Below are positions 21,095-30,801 of a stretch of DNA of 64,000 nucleotides, in pieces. The notes beneath the pieces were generated by a model. The model ran no database searches, had not been told where the DNA came from, and saw nothing but the letters and a program-made list of their open reading frames with translations. The DNA comes from an uncultured Candidatus Rokubacteria bacterium. GTDB lineage: Bacteria > Methylomirabilota > Methylomirabilia > Rokubacteriales > CSP1-6. Within the stretch, counting starts at the first letter, position 1; each line of letters opens with the position of its first letter. The position numbers were made by a program, and so were the translations under genes. Location of the stretch: NCBI GenBank assembly GCA_963771355.1, contig CAVYTA010000006.1, positions 160,001 to 224,000 of the forward strand. The letters are read 5' to 3'.

Positions 21095-21125
21095 CTGCTC
21101 GTCGCCGAAGCGCGGCGGCGAGCAG
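21095..21125. terminator. GC-rich hairpin after the beta-propeller gene
   Basis: CTGCTCGTCGCCG-AAGCG-CGGCGGCGAGCAG, 13-bp stem with one G-U pair; no U tract. Confidence 0.35.
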
Positions 21126-21325
21126 AAACGAAACGCATCAGGCGAGGTCCCGGAGCCTCACGACGTTCAGGGGCTGCACCGGCCTCGCCAGACCCTTCAC
21201 GAGGAGTGGTTCCGGCCGCGGGAGGAGGGGAACAGCGAGAATTCTCAGAGCGTACCCCAACGTCACCGTTGGCCCGGGTTCGGGCCGGCTTGACTCCGCG
21301 CTCCCGGGAGGGCAGCATCCTGGCC

Positions 21326-22309
21326 ATGACCACCCAGGCGACCGATCCCCGGCTCGATCTCGAGCAGCACCTCCACATGTACCGGCAGATGGCGAAGATC
21401 CGCGCCTTCGAGGAGCAGGTGAACGAGCTCTACAAGGGCGCCAAGATGCCCGGCCTGGCCCACCTCTACGTGGGCGAGGAGGGGGTGGCGGTGGGCGTCT
21501 GCGAGGCGCTGCGCCGCGACGACCTCATCACCAGCACGCATCGCGGCCATGGGCACTGTCTGGCCAAGGGCGCGACGGTGAACCGGATGTTCGCGGAGCT
21601 CCTCGGCAAGGAGTCGGGCTACTGCCGCGGCAAGGGCGGCTCCATGCACATCGCCGACCCCGAGTCGGGGAATCTGGGCGCCAATGCCATCGTGGGCGGC
21701 TCGGCCGGCATCGCCACCGGCGCCGCGCTGTCGGCCAAGATGCGGGGGACCGACCAGGTGGCGGTGTGCTTCTTCGGCGACGGCGCGCTGGGGCAGGGGC
21801 TCCTCTACGAGACCATGAACATGGCCGCGCTCTGGAAGCTGCCGGTCATCTACGTGTGCGAGAACAATCTCTACGGCGAGTACACCCCCGGCAGCGAGAC
21901 GATCGCGGGGGAGATCCTGGCGCGCGCCCGTGCCTTCGGCATCCCGGCGGAGTCGGTGGACGGCCAGGACGTCCAGGCGGTGCACGCCACCATGAAGCGG
22001 CTGGTCGAGCGCGGGCGGCGCGGCGAGGGGCCGGCCTTTCTCGAGTGCAAGACCTACCGCTACTACGGGCACCACGTGGGCGACGTCAACCGCGAGTACC
22101 GCACGCGCGAGGAAGAGAAGGAGTGGATGACCGGGCGCGATCCGCTCCTGACGCTGTCCGGGCGGCTCATGGGACAGCGCCTGGCCGAGCAGGAGGTCTT
22201 CGACCGCATCCAGCTCGACGTGAAGAAGGAGATCGAGAGCGGCGTGGAGTATGCCCTGGCCGCGCCGTTCCCCGACCCGCGCCAGGTGGACGAGGACGTC
22301 TACGCCTGA
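21326..22309 (+). CDS. ThDP-dependent 2-oxoacid/acetoin dehydrogenase E1 alpha subunit
   Basis: HLYVGEE, STHRGHGH, GKGGSMH, FGDGA...ENNLY, TYRYYGHH. Confidence 0.92.
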   Translation: MTTQATDPRLDLEQHLHMYRQMAKIRAFEEQVNELYKGAKMPGLAHLYVGEEGVAVGVCEALRRDDLITSTHRGHGHCLAKGATVNRMFAELLGKESGYCRGKGGSMHIADPESGNLGANAIVGGSAGIATGAALSAKMRGTDQVAVCFFGDGALGQGLLYETMNMAALWKLPVIYVCENNLYGEYTPGSETIAGEILARARAFGIPAESVDGQDVQAVHATMKRLVERGRRGEGPAFLECKTYRYYGHHVGDVNREYRTREEEKEWMTGRDPLLTLSGRLMGQRLAEQEVFDRIQLDVKKEIESGVEYALAAPFPDPRQVDEDVYA

Positions 22310-22322
22310 GCGCCGATCGCGC

Positions 22323-23522
22323 CTAGATCGCGCCCTCCGCGGCGAGGGCGTGGATCTGCGCGTCGGTATAGCCCAGCTCCGCCAGGATCTCTTCCCGGTG
22401 CTGGCCGAGCAGCGGTGACGGCCCGATCGTGGTCGGCGAGTCGGAGAGCTTGATCGGATTGCCGACGGTGAGATAGCGCCCCCGCACCGGGTGCTCCACC
22501 TCGACGATCATGTCACGGGCGAGGAGGTGGGGGTCGGCCAGCACCTCGCCGGTGTCCAGACAGGCGCCGCACGGCACGCCGGCGCCGGCCAGGATCCGCA
22601 TGACGTCGTGCTTGGCCCGGGTGACCGTCCACGCTTCCACCAGGGCGTCCACGTCCGCCCGATGCTGCCAGCGGGCCTCCGGCGTCTCGTAGCGCGCGTC
22701 CCCCACCAGATCCTCGCGCCCGATGGCGCGCAGCAGCGGGTGCCACATCTGCTGCTGCACGAAGATGAAGACATAGTCGTTGGGCCCGCCGGGATGGCAG
22801 CGATACGTCGTGCCGGGCACGCCCGCCCCGAGCTGATTCCCGGTCCGCGCCATGGTCCGCCCGTAGCGCTGATGGTCGCGCAGGCTGACGCGCATCAGGT
22901 TGACCACCGCGTCCTGCATGGACACCTCCACCTGCTGGCCCTGGCCGGTGGCGTGCCGCTGCATGAGCGCGGCGAGGATCCCGATCACGCAGTGCATGCC
23001 GGTGCCGGAATCGCCGATGGACGGCCAGACATAGGTGGGCGGGCCGTCCGCCGAGCCCGTCACGCTCATGGCCCCGCCCATGGCCTGGGCGATCGGCTCG
23101 TAGCTCTTGTAGTCGCGGTACGGCCCGTAGGAGCCGAAGCCCTTGATGCTCGCGTAGACCAGGCGCGGGTTGAGGGCGTGGACGGCCGGATACCCCCAGC
23201 CGAGGCGCTCGATGACGCCGGGACCGAAGTTCTCCAGCAGCACGTCGGCCGTCTTCAGCAGGGTGCCGAAGACCTCGCCGCCCCGCGGGTGCTTGAGGTT
23301 GAGCGTCAGGCTCCGCTTGTTGGCGTTGAAGGCGAGGAAGAAGAGGGCGTCGGCGTCCGGCCGGTCGCGCTGGCTATAGCGCGCGACGTCGCCCTTGCCC
23401 GGCTCCTCGACTTTGACCACGTCGGCGCCGAGCCAGGCCAGGATCTGGCCGCACGAAGGCCCCGCCTGGTTATTGGTGAGGTCGACGACACGGATCCCGG
23501 CGAGCGCCCCCTTCATCGCCAC
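22323..23522 (-). CDS. Class III (CaiB/BaiF, Frc-like) CoA-transferase, second paralog
   Basis: GIRVVDLTNNQAGPSC, NANKRSLTLNLK, AQAMGGAMSVTG, IGDSGTG (catalytic Asp). Confidence 0.9.
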   Translation of the reverse strand: MAMKGALAGIRVVDLTNNQAGPSCGQILAWLGADVVKVEEPGKGDVARYSQRDRPDADALFFLAFNANKRSLTLNLKHPRGGEVFGTLLKTADVLLENFGPGVIERLGWGYPAVHALNPRLVYASIKGFGSYGPYRDYKSYEPIAQAMGGAMSVTGSADGPPTYVWPSIGDSGTGMHCVIGILAALMQRHATGQGQQVEVSMQDAVVNLMRVSLRDHQRYGRTMARTGNQLGAGVPGTTYRCHPGGPNDYVFIFVQQQMWHPLLRAIGREDLVGDARYETPEARWQHRADVDALVEAWTVTRAKHDVMRILAGAGVPCGACLDTGEVLADPHLLARDMIVEVEHPVRGRYLTVGNPIKLSDSPTTIGPSPLLGQHREEILAELGYTDAQIHALAAEGAI

Positions 23523-23645
23523 ACATCCCTACCACAGCGTCGGCGACAGGTCGAGATCACGTCTCGTGCCCCCCGGAACGAGAACGACCGGCGGAGGCGC
23601 CCGGGGACCTTGACTCCGTGACGCGCCCATCGCAGTCTCGGGGTC

Positions 23646-24122
23646 ATGGCCACCCTCCAGCTCCGCGTGAACGGCAGCGCCCGCACCGTCCAGCTCGACG
23701 ATCCCGACACGCCGCTGCTCTACGTCCTTCGAAATGATCTCGACCTCACCGGCGCCCACTTCGGCTGCGGTCTCGCCCAGTGCGGCGCGTGCACGGTGCA
23801 CGTGGACGGCGCCGCGGTGCCGTCCTGCATCACGCCCGCGGCGAGCGTCCAGGGCCGCGAGGTGACCACCGTCGAGGGGCTCGGCTCGCCCGAGCGGCCG
23901 GACCCCGTGCAGGCGGCCTTCATCGCCGAGCAGGCGGCGCAGTGCGGCTACTGCACCGCCGGCATCGTCATGACCGCGCGCGCCTTGCTCAACCGCAACC
24001 CGAAGCCCAGCGAGGCCGACGTGCGGCAAGCTCTGGCCGGCAATCTCTGCCGCTGCGGCAGCCATGCCCGGGTGCTGCGTGCCGTCATGCGCGCGGCCTC
24101 CGGCGCGCCGGGAGGCCGCTGA
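23646..24122 (+). CDS. Molybdenum hydroxylase [2Fe-2S] small subunit (IorA/NicA-like)
   Basis: GCGLAQCGACTV..SC, QCGYC, NLCRCG. Confidence 0.92.
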   Translation: MATLQLRVNGSARTVQLDDPDTPLLYVLRNDLDLTGAHFGCGLAQCGACTVHVDGAAVPSCITPAASVQGREVTTVEGLGSPERPDPVQAAFIAEQAAQCGYCTAGIVMTARALLNRNPKPSEADVRQALAGNLCRCGSHARVLRAVMRAASGAPGGR

Positions 24123-24123
24123 G

Positions 24124-26376
24124 ATGGCCGCTCCCGAGATCTCCCGCCGCGAGGTCCTCGTGAGCGGGCTCAAGGCCGGCGGCGTGCTCGTGGTCGGGGT
24201 CACCCTCGGCGGCCGGCCGTTGCCCGCGGCCGCCCAGACCGTGCCCAACGCCGATCGCTTCCTCGGCAAGCCGCTGGCCCCGGATCAGGTGGACTCGTTC
24301 CTCGCCATCCACCGCGACGGCACCCTGACGCTCTTCACCGGCAAGGTGGACATCGGCACCGGCGGCCGCATCGCGCTGCGCCAGATGGTGGCCGAGGAGC
24401 TCGACGTCGCACCGGAGCGCATCGCCCTCATCGAGGGCGACACTGCGCTCACGCCCGACCAGGCGCGCACCGCCGGCAGCTACGGCATCGCCCGCGGCGG
24501 CATGCAGCTCCGGCAGGCGGCGGCCACTGCCCGCGTGGCGCTGCTGGGCCTCGCGGCGCCGCGACTGGGCCGGCCCGCGGGCGACCTCGAAGTGTGGGAC
24601 GGTGCCGTCCGCGTGAAGGGCGGCGGGGCATCTGTGGGCTTCGGCGACCTGATCGGCGACCAGGCCCTTGGCCTCGCGCTGGATCCCAAGGCCCCCCTCA
24701 AGGATCCGCGCGGCTTCCGCTTCATCGGGAAGTCCCTGCCGCGGCCCGACATCCCCGCGAAGGTCACCGGCCGCCATCTCTACGTCAACGACGTGAAGGT
24801 GCCGCGGATGCTCCACGCCCGCGTGATCCATCCGCCCGCCGTCGGCGCCACCCTGCGCTCGGTGGACGAGGCCTCGATCGCGGGCATCCCCGGCGCGCGC
24901 GTGGCTCGAATCGAGAGCTTGGTGGCGGTGGTGGCCGAGCGGGAGTGGGACGCGGTGCGCGGAGCGCGCCGGCTCAAGACCGAGTGGACGGGGGGAACGC
25001 CGCTACCCGATCACGCCACGCTCTTCGACACCATGCGGGCGAGCCCGCCCGTGCGCGAGCAGGTGGTGGCGAAGAAGGGAGATCTGTCCGCGCTGGCCGC
25101 GCCCGGCGCGGGGGTGCGCACGCTCGCGGCCACCTACCGCTGGCCACTGCAGACGCACGGCACCATGGGGCCGGCCTGCGGCGTGGCCGACGTGCGCGCC
25201 GACGGAGCCACCATCTGGAGCTCCACCCAGGGCCCGCACCAGTACCAGGCGGTGTACGCGCGGATTCTCGGGCTGCCGCGCGAGCGCGTCCGGGTCATCT
25301 TCGTGGACGGCGCCGGCACCTACGGGCAGGCGGGCGCCGAGGACGCGGCCTGCGAGGCGATGCTGCTCTCCCGGGCGCTGGGCCGCCCGGTGCGCGTGCA
25401 GTGGACCCGGCAAGATGAGCACGGGTGGGATCCCAAGGGCCCGCCGCAGCTCCTCGAGCTCCGCGCGGCCGTGGACGAGCGGGGCGCCGTGGCGGCGTGG
25501 GAGACGCGCGCCTGGCTGCCGGTGGCGACGGCGAACCTGCCGGGGGTGCCCTTGCTCGCTCCCGACGCGGCGAAGATCGCCCAGCCGCAGGGCCGGTCCA
25601 CCGGCCTCATCCACCAGAACGTCGATCCGCCGTACGGCTTCGCCAACATGCACGCGACGGTGCACTGGCTCGCGGACGCGCCCCTTCGCACCTCCGCCCT
25701 CCGCGCGCCGGGCAAGATCGCCAACAGCTTCGCGGTGGAGTCCTTCACCGACGAGATCGCGGCCCTGGCCCGCGTCGATCCGCTCGAGTTCCGCCTGCGT
25801 CATCTCACCAATCCGCGAGGGATCGAGGTGCTGCGCGCACTGGCGGGACGCATGGGCTGGCAGGCGCGGCCCTCGCCGCGGGGGGGAGATCCGGCGGCGG
25901 CGGTGCTCGCCGGGCGGGGCCTCGCCTACGTCCACTACAAGCACGACGAGACCCTGGTCGCGATGGGGATGGAGGTCGAGGTGGAGCGCGCGACCGGGCG
26001 CATCCGCGTGAAGCGGGTGGTCTGCGCCCAGGACTGTGGCCTGGTCATCAATCCCGACAACGTGCGCAGCCAGGTGGAGGGCAATATCCTCCAGACGCTC
26101 AGCCGCGCGCTGCACGAGGACGTGGTCTTCGACCGGCAGCGGGTGACGTCGGTGGATTGGGCGAGCTACCCGATCCTGACCTTCCCGGAGGTACCGGTGC
26201 TCGAGATCGAGCTGATCCAGCGCCTCGGCGAGCCACCGCTCGGCACGGGGGAGGCCGCATCCGCGCCGGTGCCCGCGGCGCTCAGCAATGCCGTGTTCGA
26301 CGCCACCGGCGTCCGCCTGCGCACCGTCCCCTTCCGGCCCGACCGCGTGAAGGCGGCGCTGGCCGGGAGGGGTTGA
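24124..26376 (+). CDS. Molybdopterin-binding large subunit (IorB/NicB-like xanthine oxidase family) with Tat-like leader
   Basis: ISRREVL leader; GKVDIGTG, IPAKVTG, WSSTQG, LRAPG, QVEGN, GTGEAA. Confidence 0.88.
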   Translation: MAAPEISRREVLVSGLKAGGVLVVGVTLGGRPLPAAAQTVPNADRFLGKPLAPDQVDSFLAIHRDGTLTLFTGKVDIGTGGRIALRQMVAEELDVAPERIALIEGDTALTPDQARTAGSYGIARGGMQLRQAAATARVALLGLAAPRLGRPAGDLEVWDGAVRVKGGGASVGFGDLIGDQALGLALDPKAPLKDPRGFRFIGKSLPRPDIPAKVTGRHLYVNDVKVPRMLHARVIHPPAVGATLRSVDEASIAGIPGARVARIESLVAVVAEREWDAVRGARRLKTEWTGGTPLPDHATLFDTMRASPPVREQVVAKKGDLSALAAPGAGVRTLAATYRWPLQTHGTMGPACGVADVRADGATIWSSTQGPHQYQAVYARILGLPRERVRVIFVDGAGTYGQAGAEDAACEAMLLSRALGRPVRVQWTRQDEHGWDPKGPPQLLELRAAVDERGAVAAWETRAWLPVATANLPGVPLLAPDAAKIAQPQGRSTGLIHQNVDPPYGFANMHATVHWLADAPLRTSALRAPGKIANSFAVESFTDEIAALARVDPLEFRLRHLTNPRGIEVLRALAGRMGWQARPSPRGGDPAAAVLAGRGLAYVHYKHDETLVAMGMEVEVERATGRIRVKRVVCAQDCGLVINPDNVRSQVEGNILQTLSRALHEDVVFDRQRVTSVDWASYPILTFPEVPVLEIELIQRLGEPPLGTGEAASAPVPAALSNAVFDATGVRLRTVPFRPDRVKAALAGRG

Positions 26377-26410
26377 GAACCCGGGGACGGGGCCCCATCC
26401 CCACTCCTCG

Positions 26411-27781
26411 TCAGCGCCTTCGCTCGCGCAGGAGATGCTGGCCGCGCCCCGGCCGACTCAGGAGCGTACCGTCCCGGGCGATGATCTCACCCCGGGAGAG
26501 GGTAAGCACGGGCACGCCGGTGACCGTGAAGGCATGGAAGGGGTCGTAGCCGGCGCGCGAGTGAAGCGTCCGCTCGTCGATGATCTCCACCTTGCGCGGA
26601 TCGAAGAGGACGAGGTCGGCGTCGCTCCCAACCGCGATGGTGCCCTTCCTCGGGTAGAGGCCGAAGATCTTCGCCGGGTTCGTGGCGAAGGCGGCCACGA
26701 AGGTCTGGAGCGAGATGCGCCCCCGCGACACCCCTTCCGAGTAGATCACGCGCATCTCCGTCTCGAGCCCCGGCACGCCGTACGGGACCCGCCGGAAATC
26801 CCGCACGCCCTCCCCCTTCTGATCCACCGTCCAGGACGTGTTGTCGCTGCCGATGGTCTGGAGCGCCCCATCCCGGAGCGCGTCCCAGAGCGCGGCCTGA
26901 TCGGGCAGAGCCCGGAGCGGCGGGGCCCCCACCACCTTCGCCGCCTCGAGCCCGCCCGGATCGTAGCGCTCGCTCGTGAGCCCGAGGTAGATAGGGCGCG
27001 TCTCGCCCGAGACGCGCAGGCCGCGCTTGCGGGCGGCGCGCACGGCGTCCACCGCCGCCTCGCAGGACATGTGGACGATGTAGACCTCGGCGTCGACGAG
27101 CTCCGCGTAGTCGATGACCCGGCGCGTGGCCTCCGCCTCGGCGAGGGCGGGCCGGCTTTCGGCGTAGAACCGCGGATCGAGGCGGCCGGCCGCGATCATG
27201 TCCTTCTCGGCGAGGTCGAGCATCTCGCTGTTCTCGCAGTGGACGTTGACAATCGCGCCTGCCTGGCGCGCGGCCCGGAGCACCCGGAGGAGCGCCTCGT
27301 CGCCGATGCCGAACTCGCGGATGGTGAAGACCTTGAAGCTCGGGTAGCCCGCGCCGACGATGGCGGGGATCTCGGCGATCCGCTCGTCGGTCGCGTCGGA
27401 CAGGATGATGTGGAACCCGTAGTCCACGTGCGCGCGGTCCCGGGCCTTGGCCGACCACGCGGCGATCGTGTCGGCGAGGCGCTGGCCCTTCGCTTGCCAC
27501 GCGTAGTCGCAGATGGTGGTGACGCCGCCGCACGCGGCGGCGGCGGTGCCGGACTCGAAGTCGTCCGCGGTGCGTGTGCCGCCGAGGTCGAGATCGAGAT
27601 GGGTGTGGACGTCCACGCCGCCGGGGAGCACCTGGAGCCCGCGGGCGTCGATCTCGCTCGCCCCAGGCTCGAGCCGCTCGCCGATGCTCGCGATGCGGCC
27701 GTGTCGGATGCCGAGGTCGGCGACGAACGCGTCGGTGGCGTTCGCGACCAGTCCCCCGCGAATCACAAGGTCATGCGCCAT
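26411..27781 (-). CDS. hydA: Dihydropyrimidinase / D-hydantoinase
   Basis: DLVIRGG, PGGVDVHTHL, AAACGGVTT, SFKVF, VHCEN, IVHMS, GSD, NPAKIFGLYPRKG. Confidence 0.88.
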   Translation of the reverse strand: MAHDLVIRGGLVANATDAFVADLGIRHGRIASIGERLEPGASEIDARGLQVLPGGVDVHTHLDLDLGGTRTADDFESGTAAAACGGVTTICDYAWQAKGQRLADTIAAWSAKARDRAHVDYGFHIILSDATDERIAEIPAIVGAGYPSFKVFTIREFGIGDEALLRVLRAARQAGAIVNVHCENSEMLDLAEKDMIAAGRLDPRFYAESRPALAEAEATRRVIDYAELVDAEVYIVHMSCEAAVDAVRAARKRGLRVSGETRPIYLGLTSERYDPGGLEAAKVVGAPPLRALPDQAALWDALRDGALQTIGSDNTSWTVDQKGEGVRDFRRVPYGVPGLETEMRVIYSEGVSRGRISLQTFVAAFATNPAKIFGLYPRKGTIAVGSDADLVLFDPRKVEIIDERTLHSRAGYDPFHAFTVTGVPVLTLSRGEIIARDGTLLSRPGRGQHLLRERRR

Positions 27782-27801
27782 GGGTCCACCTTCCTCCCGG
27801 G

Positions 27802-28683
27802 TCAGGGTGTCGTGGGGGCGCGCTCGGCGAAATACCGCGCAATCGCCCCGGTGGTCGCGAGCCAGATCTCCGGGCGGCGCCGCACCACGTGCTCGAAGGC
27901 CCGCCGCAGCTGGCGCAGACGGAAGGGCTGCCCGACGAGGAAGGCGTGCAGCGCGATGCCGAAGACCAGGGGCTGGGCTCGGGACTGGTCCAGCATCTCG
28001 TCGAAATTGTCCACGATCATCTCCGCGAAGGCGGGGGCGGTGCCGTGGTGGATGGCGATCATCGGGATGTCGTTCACCTCGTGCGGATACGGGACGCTCA
28101 GGATGCGGCCCTGCCGCGTCGTCATCCACACCGGCTGATCGTCCATCGGCCAGTCGAGCACGTAGGTGTACCCGGCCTCCTGCAGGAGATCGGGCGTCAC
28201 CGCGCTCGGATTCACGCCCGGGCTCAGCCAGCCGCGCGGGGGCTGCCCCTCGAAGCGCATGATCGCCTCCGTGACGTCGCGGATGAGCGCCGCCTCGCCC
28301 GCCTCGTCGAAGTCGTTCTGGTGCTCGGAGTTGGTGCGCCCGTGCCCGAGCACCTCGTCACCGCGCTTGCGGAACGCGGTCACCACCTCCGGGCAGTGTT
28401 GATAGACCTCGGAGTTCAGGAGCAGCGAGACGGGCAGCTCCAGCCGGTCGAACAGCTCGATGAGGCGCCAGACGCCCACGCGGTTCGCGTACTCGCGCCA
28501 GGCCCAGTTGTAGGTGTTCGGGTGGGGGATGCCGGGGGAGTAGGAGAGGCCCAGGCCCTCCCCGTAGGCGAAGTGCTCCAGGTTCAGCGCGATGTACACG
28601 GCCAGGCGCCGGCCTTCCGGCCAGCTCCAGTCCGGTCGATCCACGATCGCCGAGTATCGAAAACGTCCGTGGTCCCGCAGCAT
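27802..28683 (-). CDS. Polysaccharide-deacetylase-fold protein (PuuE allantoinase-like)
   Basis: WPEGRRLAVYIALNLE, EYANRVGVWR, GHG, DDQPVW, ALHAFLVGQPFR. Confidence 0.85.
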   Translation of the reverse strand: MLRDHGRFRYSAIVDRPDWSWPEGRRLAVYIALNLEHFAYGEGLGLSYSPGIPHPNTYNWAWREYANRVGVWRLIELFDRLELPVSLLLNSEVYQHCPEVVTAFRKRGDEVLGHGRTNSEHQNDFDEAGEAALIRDVTEAIMRFEGQPPRGWLSPGVNPSAVTPDLLQEAGYTYVLDWPMDDQPVWMTTRQGRILSVPYPHEVNDIPMIAIHHGTAPAFAEMIVDNFDEMLDQSRAQPLVFGIALHAFLVGQPFRLRQLRRAFEHVVRRRPEIWLATTGAIARYFAERAPTTP

Positions 28684-28710
28684 GTCGGGGTCCTCCTCGG
28701 GTCGGCTGGC

Positions 28711-30060
28711 TCAGCCCCGGAAGAAGCGGAGCGGCCCGAAGACCAGGATCGGGAACGCGATGGTGAGGGCGAGGCCGACCACCTGGAGCGCGACGAAAGG
28801 GATCACGCCACGGTAGATGTCCACCGTCCGCACCTCGGGGGGCGCCACCCCGCGGAGGAAGAAGAGGGCGAAGCCGAAGGGCGGTGTGAGGAAGGACGTC
28901 TGGAGGTTCACGCTGATGGCGATGGCGAGCCACAGCGGATCGAAGCCGAAGTGCTGCACGAGCACGGGCACCAAGATGGGCACGTGGATGAAGCAGATCT
29001 CGTAGTAGTCGATGAAGAAGCCGAGGAGGAAGATGACGAACATGACGAGAGCGAGGACGCCGTAGGGGCCGAAGGGCAGCGCCTTCAGGAAATCCTGGAC
29101 GAGATGGTCGCCGTTCAGGCCGCGGAACACGAGGCCGAAGCAGTTCGCCCCCACCAGAATGATGAAGCCGAGGCTCGTGATGCGTGTCGTGACCTGCATG
29201 ACGCCGCGGAGCATCTCCATCGAGAAGCGGCCCTTGACCATGGTCAGGATGAGCGCGCCCGCGGCGCCGACGGACGCCGCTTCCGTCGGTGAGGCGACGC
29301 CGGCGAAGATCGATCCCAGCACGGCCACGACCAGCACGAACGCAGGCAAGAGGGCGAGCCCCACGCGCTTCACCACGTCCGCGCGGAAGGCGGCGATCTC
29401 GCCGGGGGGGATGGGCGGAGCGAGCTCGGGCTTCCACCACGAGATGCCGGCGAGGTAGAGGATGTAGAGGCCTACCAGGATGAGTCCGGGGACGACGGCG
29501 CCGATGTACAGATCGCCCACGGACACGCCCATGATGTCGCCCATCAGGATGAGGATGATGCTGGGAGGAATGATCTGGCCGAGCGTGCCCGAGGCGCAGA
29601 TCGTTCCGCAGATGAGCCGCTTGTCGTAGCCCCGGCGGAGCATGGTGGGGAGCGAGATCATGCCCATGGTGATGACGCTCGCCCCCACGATGCCCGTCGA
29701 CGCCGCCAGGATGGCCCCCACCACCACCACCGAGATGGCGATGCCGCCCCGGAGATGTCCGAAGAGTAGCGCCATGGTCTCGAGCAACTCCTCGGCGATG
29801 CCGGATTTCTCGAGGGCGACGCCCATGAACACGAAGAGCGGAACGGCGAGGAGCGTGAAGTTCGACATCGTGCCCCAGATCCGGATGGGCAGGATGTCGA
29901 GGAAGTCGGGCCGGAGAAAGCCGAAGACGATGCCGAGCCCACCGAAGAGGAACCCGGTGAAGGTCAGGCTGAACGCGACCGGGAAGCCGAGGAAGAGGAA
30001 CGCGATCATCCCCGCGAACATGAACGCCGCGAGGATCTGGTCGAGCGGCAGCCCGGTCAT
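28711..30060 (-). CDS. dctM: TRAP transporter large permease
   Basis: AVPLFVFMG, GTLGQIIPPS, SPTEAA, FLTPPFG. Confidence 0.93.
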   Translation of the reverse strand: MTGLPLDQILAAFMFAGMIAFLFLGFPVAFSLTFTGFLFGGLGIVFGFLRPDFLDILPIRIWGTMSNFTLLAVPLFVFMGVALEKSGIAEELLETMALLFGHLRGGIAISVVVVGAILAASTGIVGASVITMGMISLPTMLRRGYDKRLICGTICASGTLGQIIPPSIILILMGDIMGVSVGDLYIGAVVPGLILVGLYILYLAGISWWKPELAPPIPPGEIAAFRADVVKRVGLALLPAFVLVVAVLGSIFAGVASPTEAASVGAAGALILTMVKGRFSMEMLRGVMQVTTRITSLGFIILVGANCFGLVFRGLNGDHLVQDFLKALPFGPYGVLALVMFVIFLLGFFIDYYEICFIHVPILVPVLVQHFGFDPLWLAIAISVNLQTSFLTPPFGFALFFLRGVAPPEVRTVDIYRGVIPFVALQVVGLALTIAFPILVFGPLRFFRG

Positions 30061-30120
30061 CGGAGTCCGCGCCCCTCGTCGGTTGGGCGGCGGGGCCTCT
30101 TCGCGCAAGCGCTCATCGGC

Positions 30121-30654
30121 TCAGTGGACCTCCGCCCGTGTCTCTGCCGGCGTCTCCCAGCCCATCGCCCGGTAGAACGACTTGATGGTCTCGGAGATGC
30201 CCTGGACCAGCAGGAGGACGAAGCCCACGATGATCATCGACTTGAGCAGCCAGCGGAGCGGGAGCCCGCCCGGATCGGGCGAGCCCTCCCACACCGCCCA
30301 CGCATTCCGCACGAAGGGCCAGGCGGTGTAGATGACGAGCACGCAGGAGGGGAAGAAGAACGCCCAGAACAGGACGAAATCGAGCCACGCCCGCCGCTGC
30401 GGCGAGAGCTTCGAGTACACGATGTCGACGCGGACATGCTCGTCGTGGAGCAGCGTGTAGCCGGCGGCGAGGAGGTAGAGCGTGCCGAAGAGGTACCACT
30501 CGAGCTCCTGCATCCCCCCCGAGGTGTACCGGAACAGGTAGCGAGAGACCACGTCGCCGAAGACGACGAGGACCATCCCCAGCGACAGCCACGACACGCC
30601 GCGCCCGAACCGTTCCTGGAAGCGGTCGATCCTCCGGGCCAGCTCACGCATCAC
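30121..30654 (-). CDS. dctQ: TRAP transporter small permease
   Basis: Four TM segments; QELEWYL, HVRVDIVY, DPGGLP. Confidence 0.9.
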   Translation of the reverse strand: MMRELARRIDRFQERFGRGVSWLSLGMVLVVFGDVVSRYLFRYTSGGMQELEWYLFGTLYLLAAGYTLLHDEHVRVDIVYSKLSPQRRAWLDFVLFWAFFFPSCVLVIYTAWPFVRNAWAVWEGSPDPGGLPLRWLLKSMIIVGFVLLLVQGISETIKSFYRAMGWETPAETRAEVH

Positions 30655-30801
30655 ACATGTCCTCCGTCAACACGGAACGGCCCACCCCGTGGGGTCGCCG
30701 GCTCGAGGAGATCCGCGCCGGCTCCATCGCCGGCCCGGACAGGTTCCGCCCGCGCGGCGCGAGACGGACGGCGGTGTCCGTCCCACGGCCGCGTGGCGCG
30801 G

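Larger units (their letters stand above)
15820..21125. mobile_element. Decayed integrative element / genomic islet; right border approximate
   Basis: tRNA 3' fragment at left edge, adjacent recombinase-like remnant, two cargo genes with far more indels than flanking genes. Confidence 0.5.

Noticed and set aside
27782..28129. N-terminal extensions of hydA, dctP, RidA, E1alpha and the Mo large subunit in the ORF track
   Set aside because: They overlap neighbouring genes or promoters; downstream starts fit family N-termini and have an RBS or promoter support.
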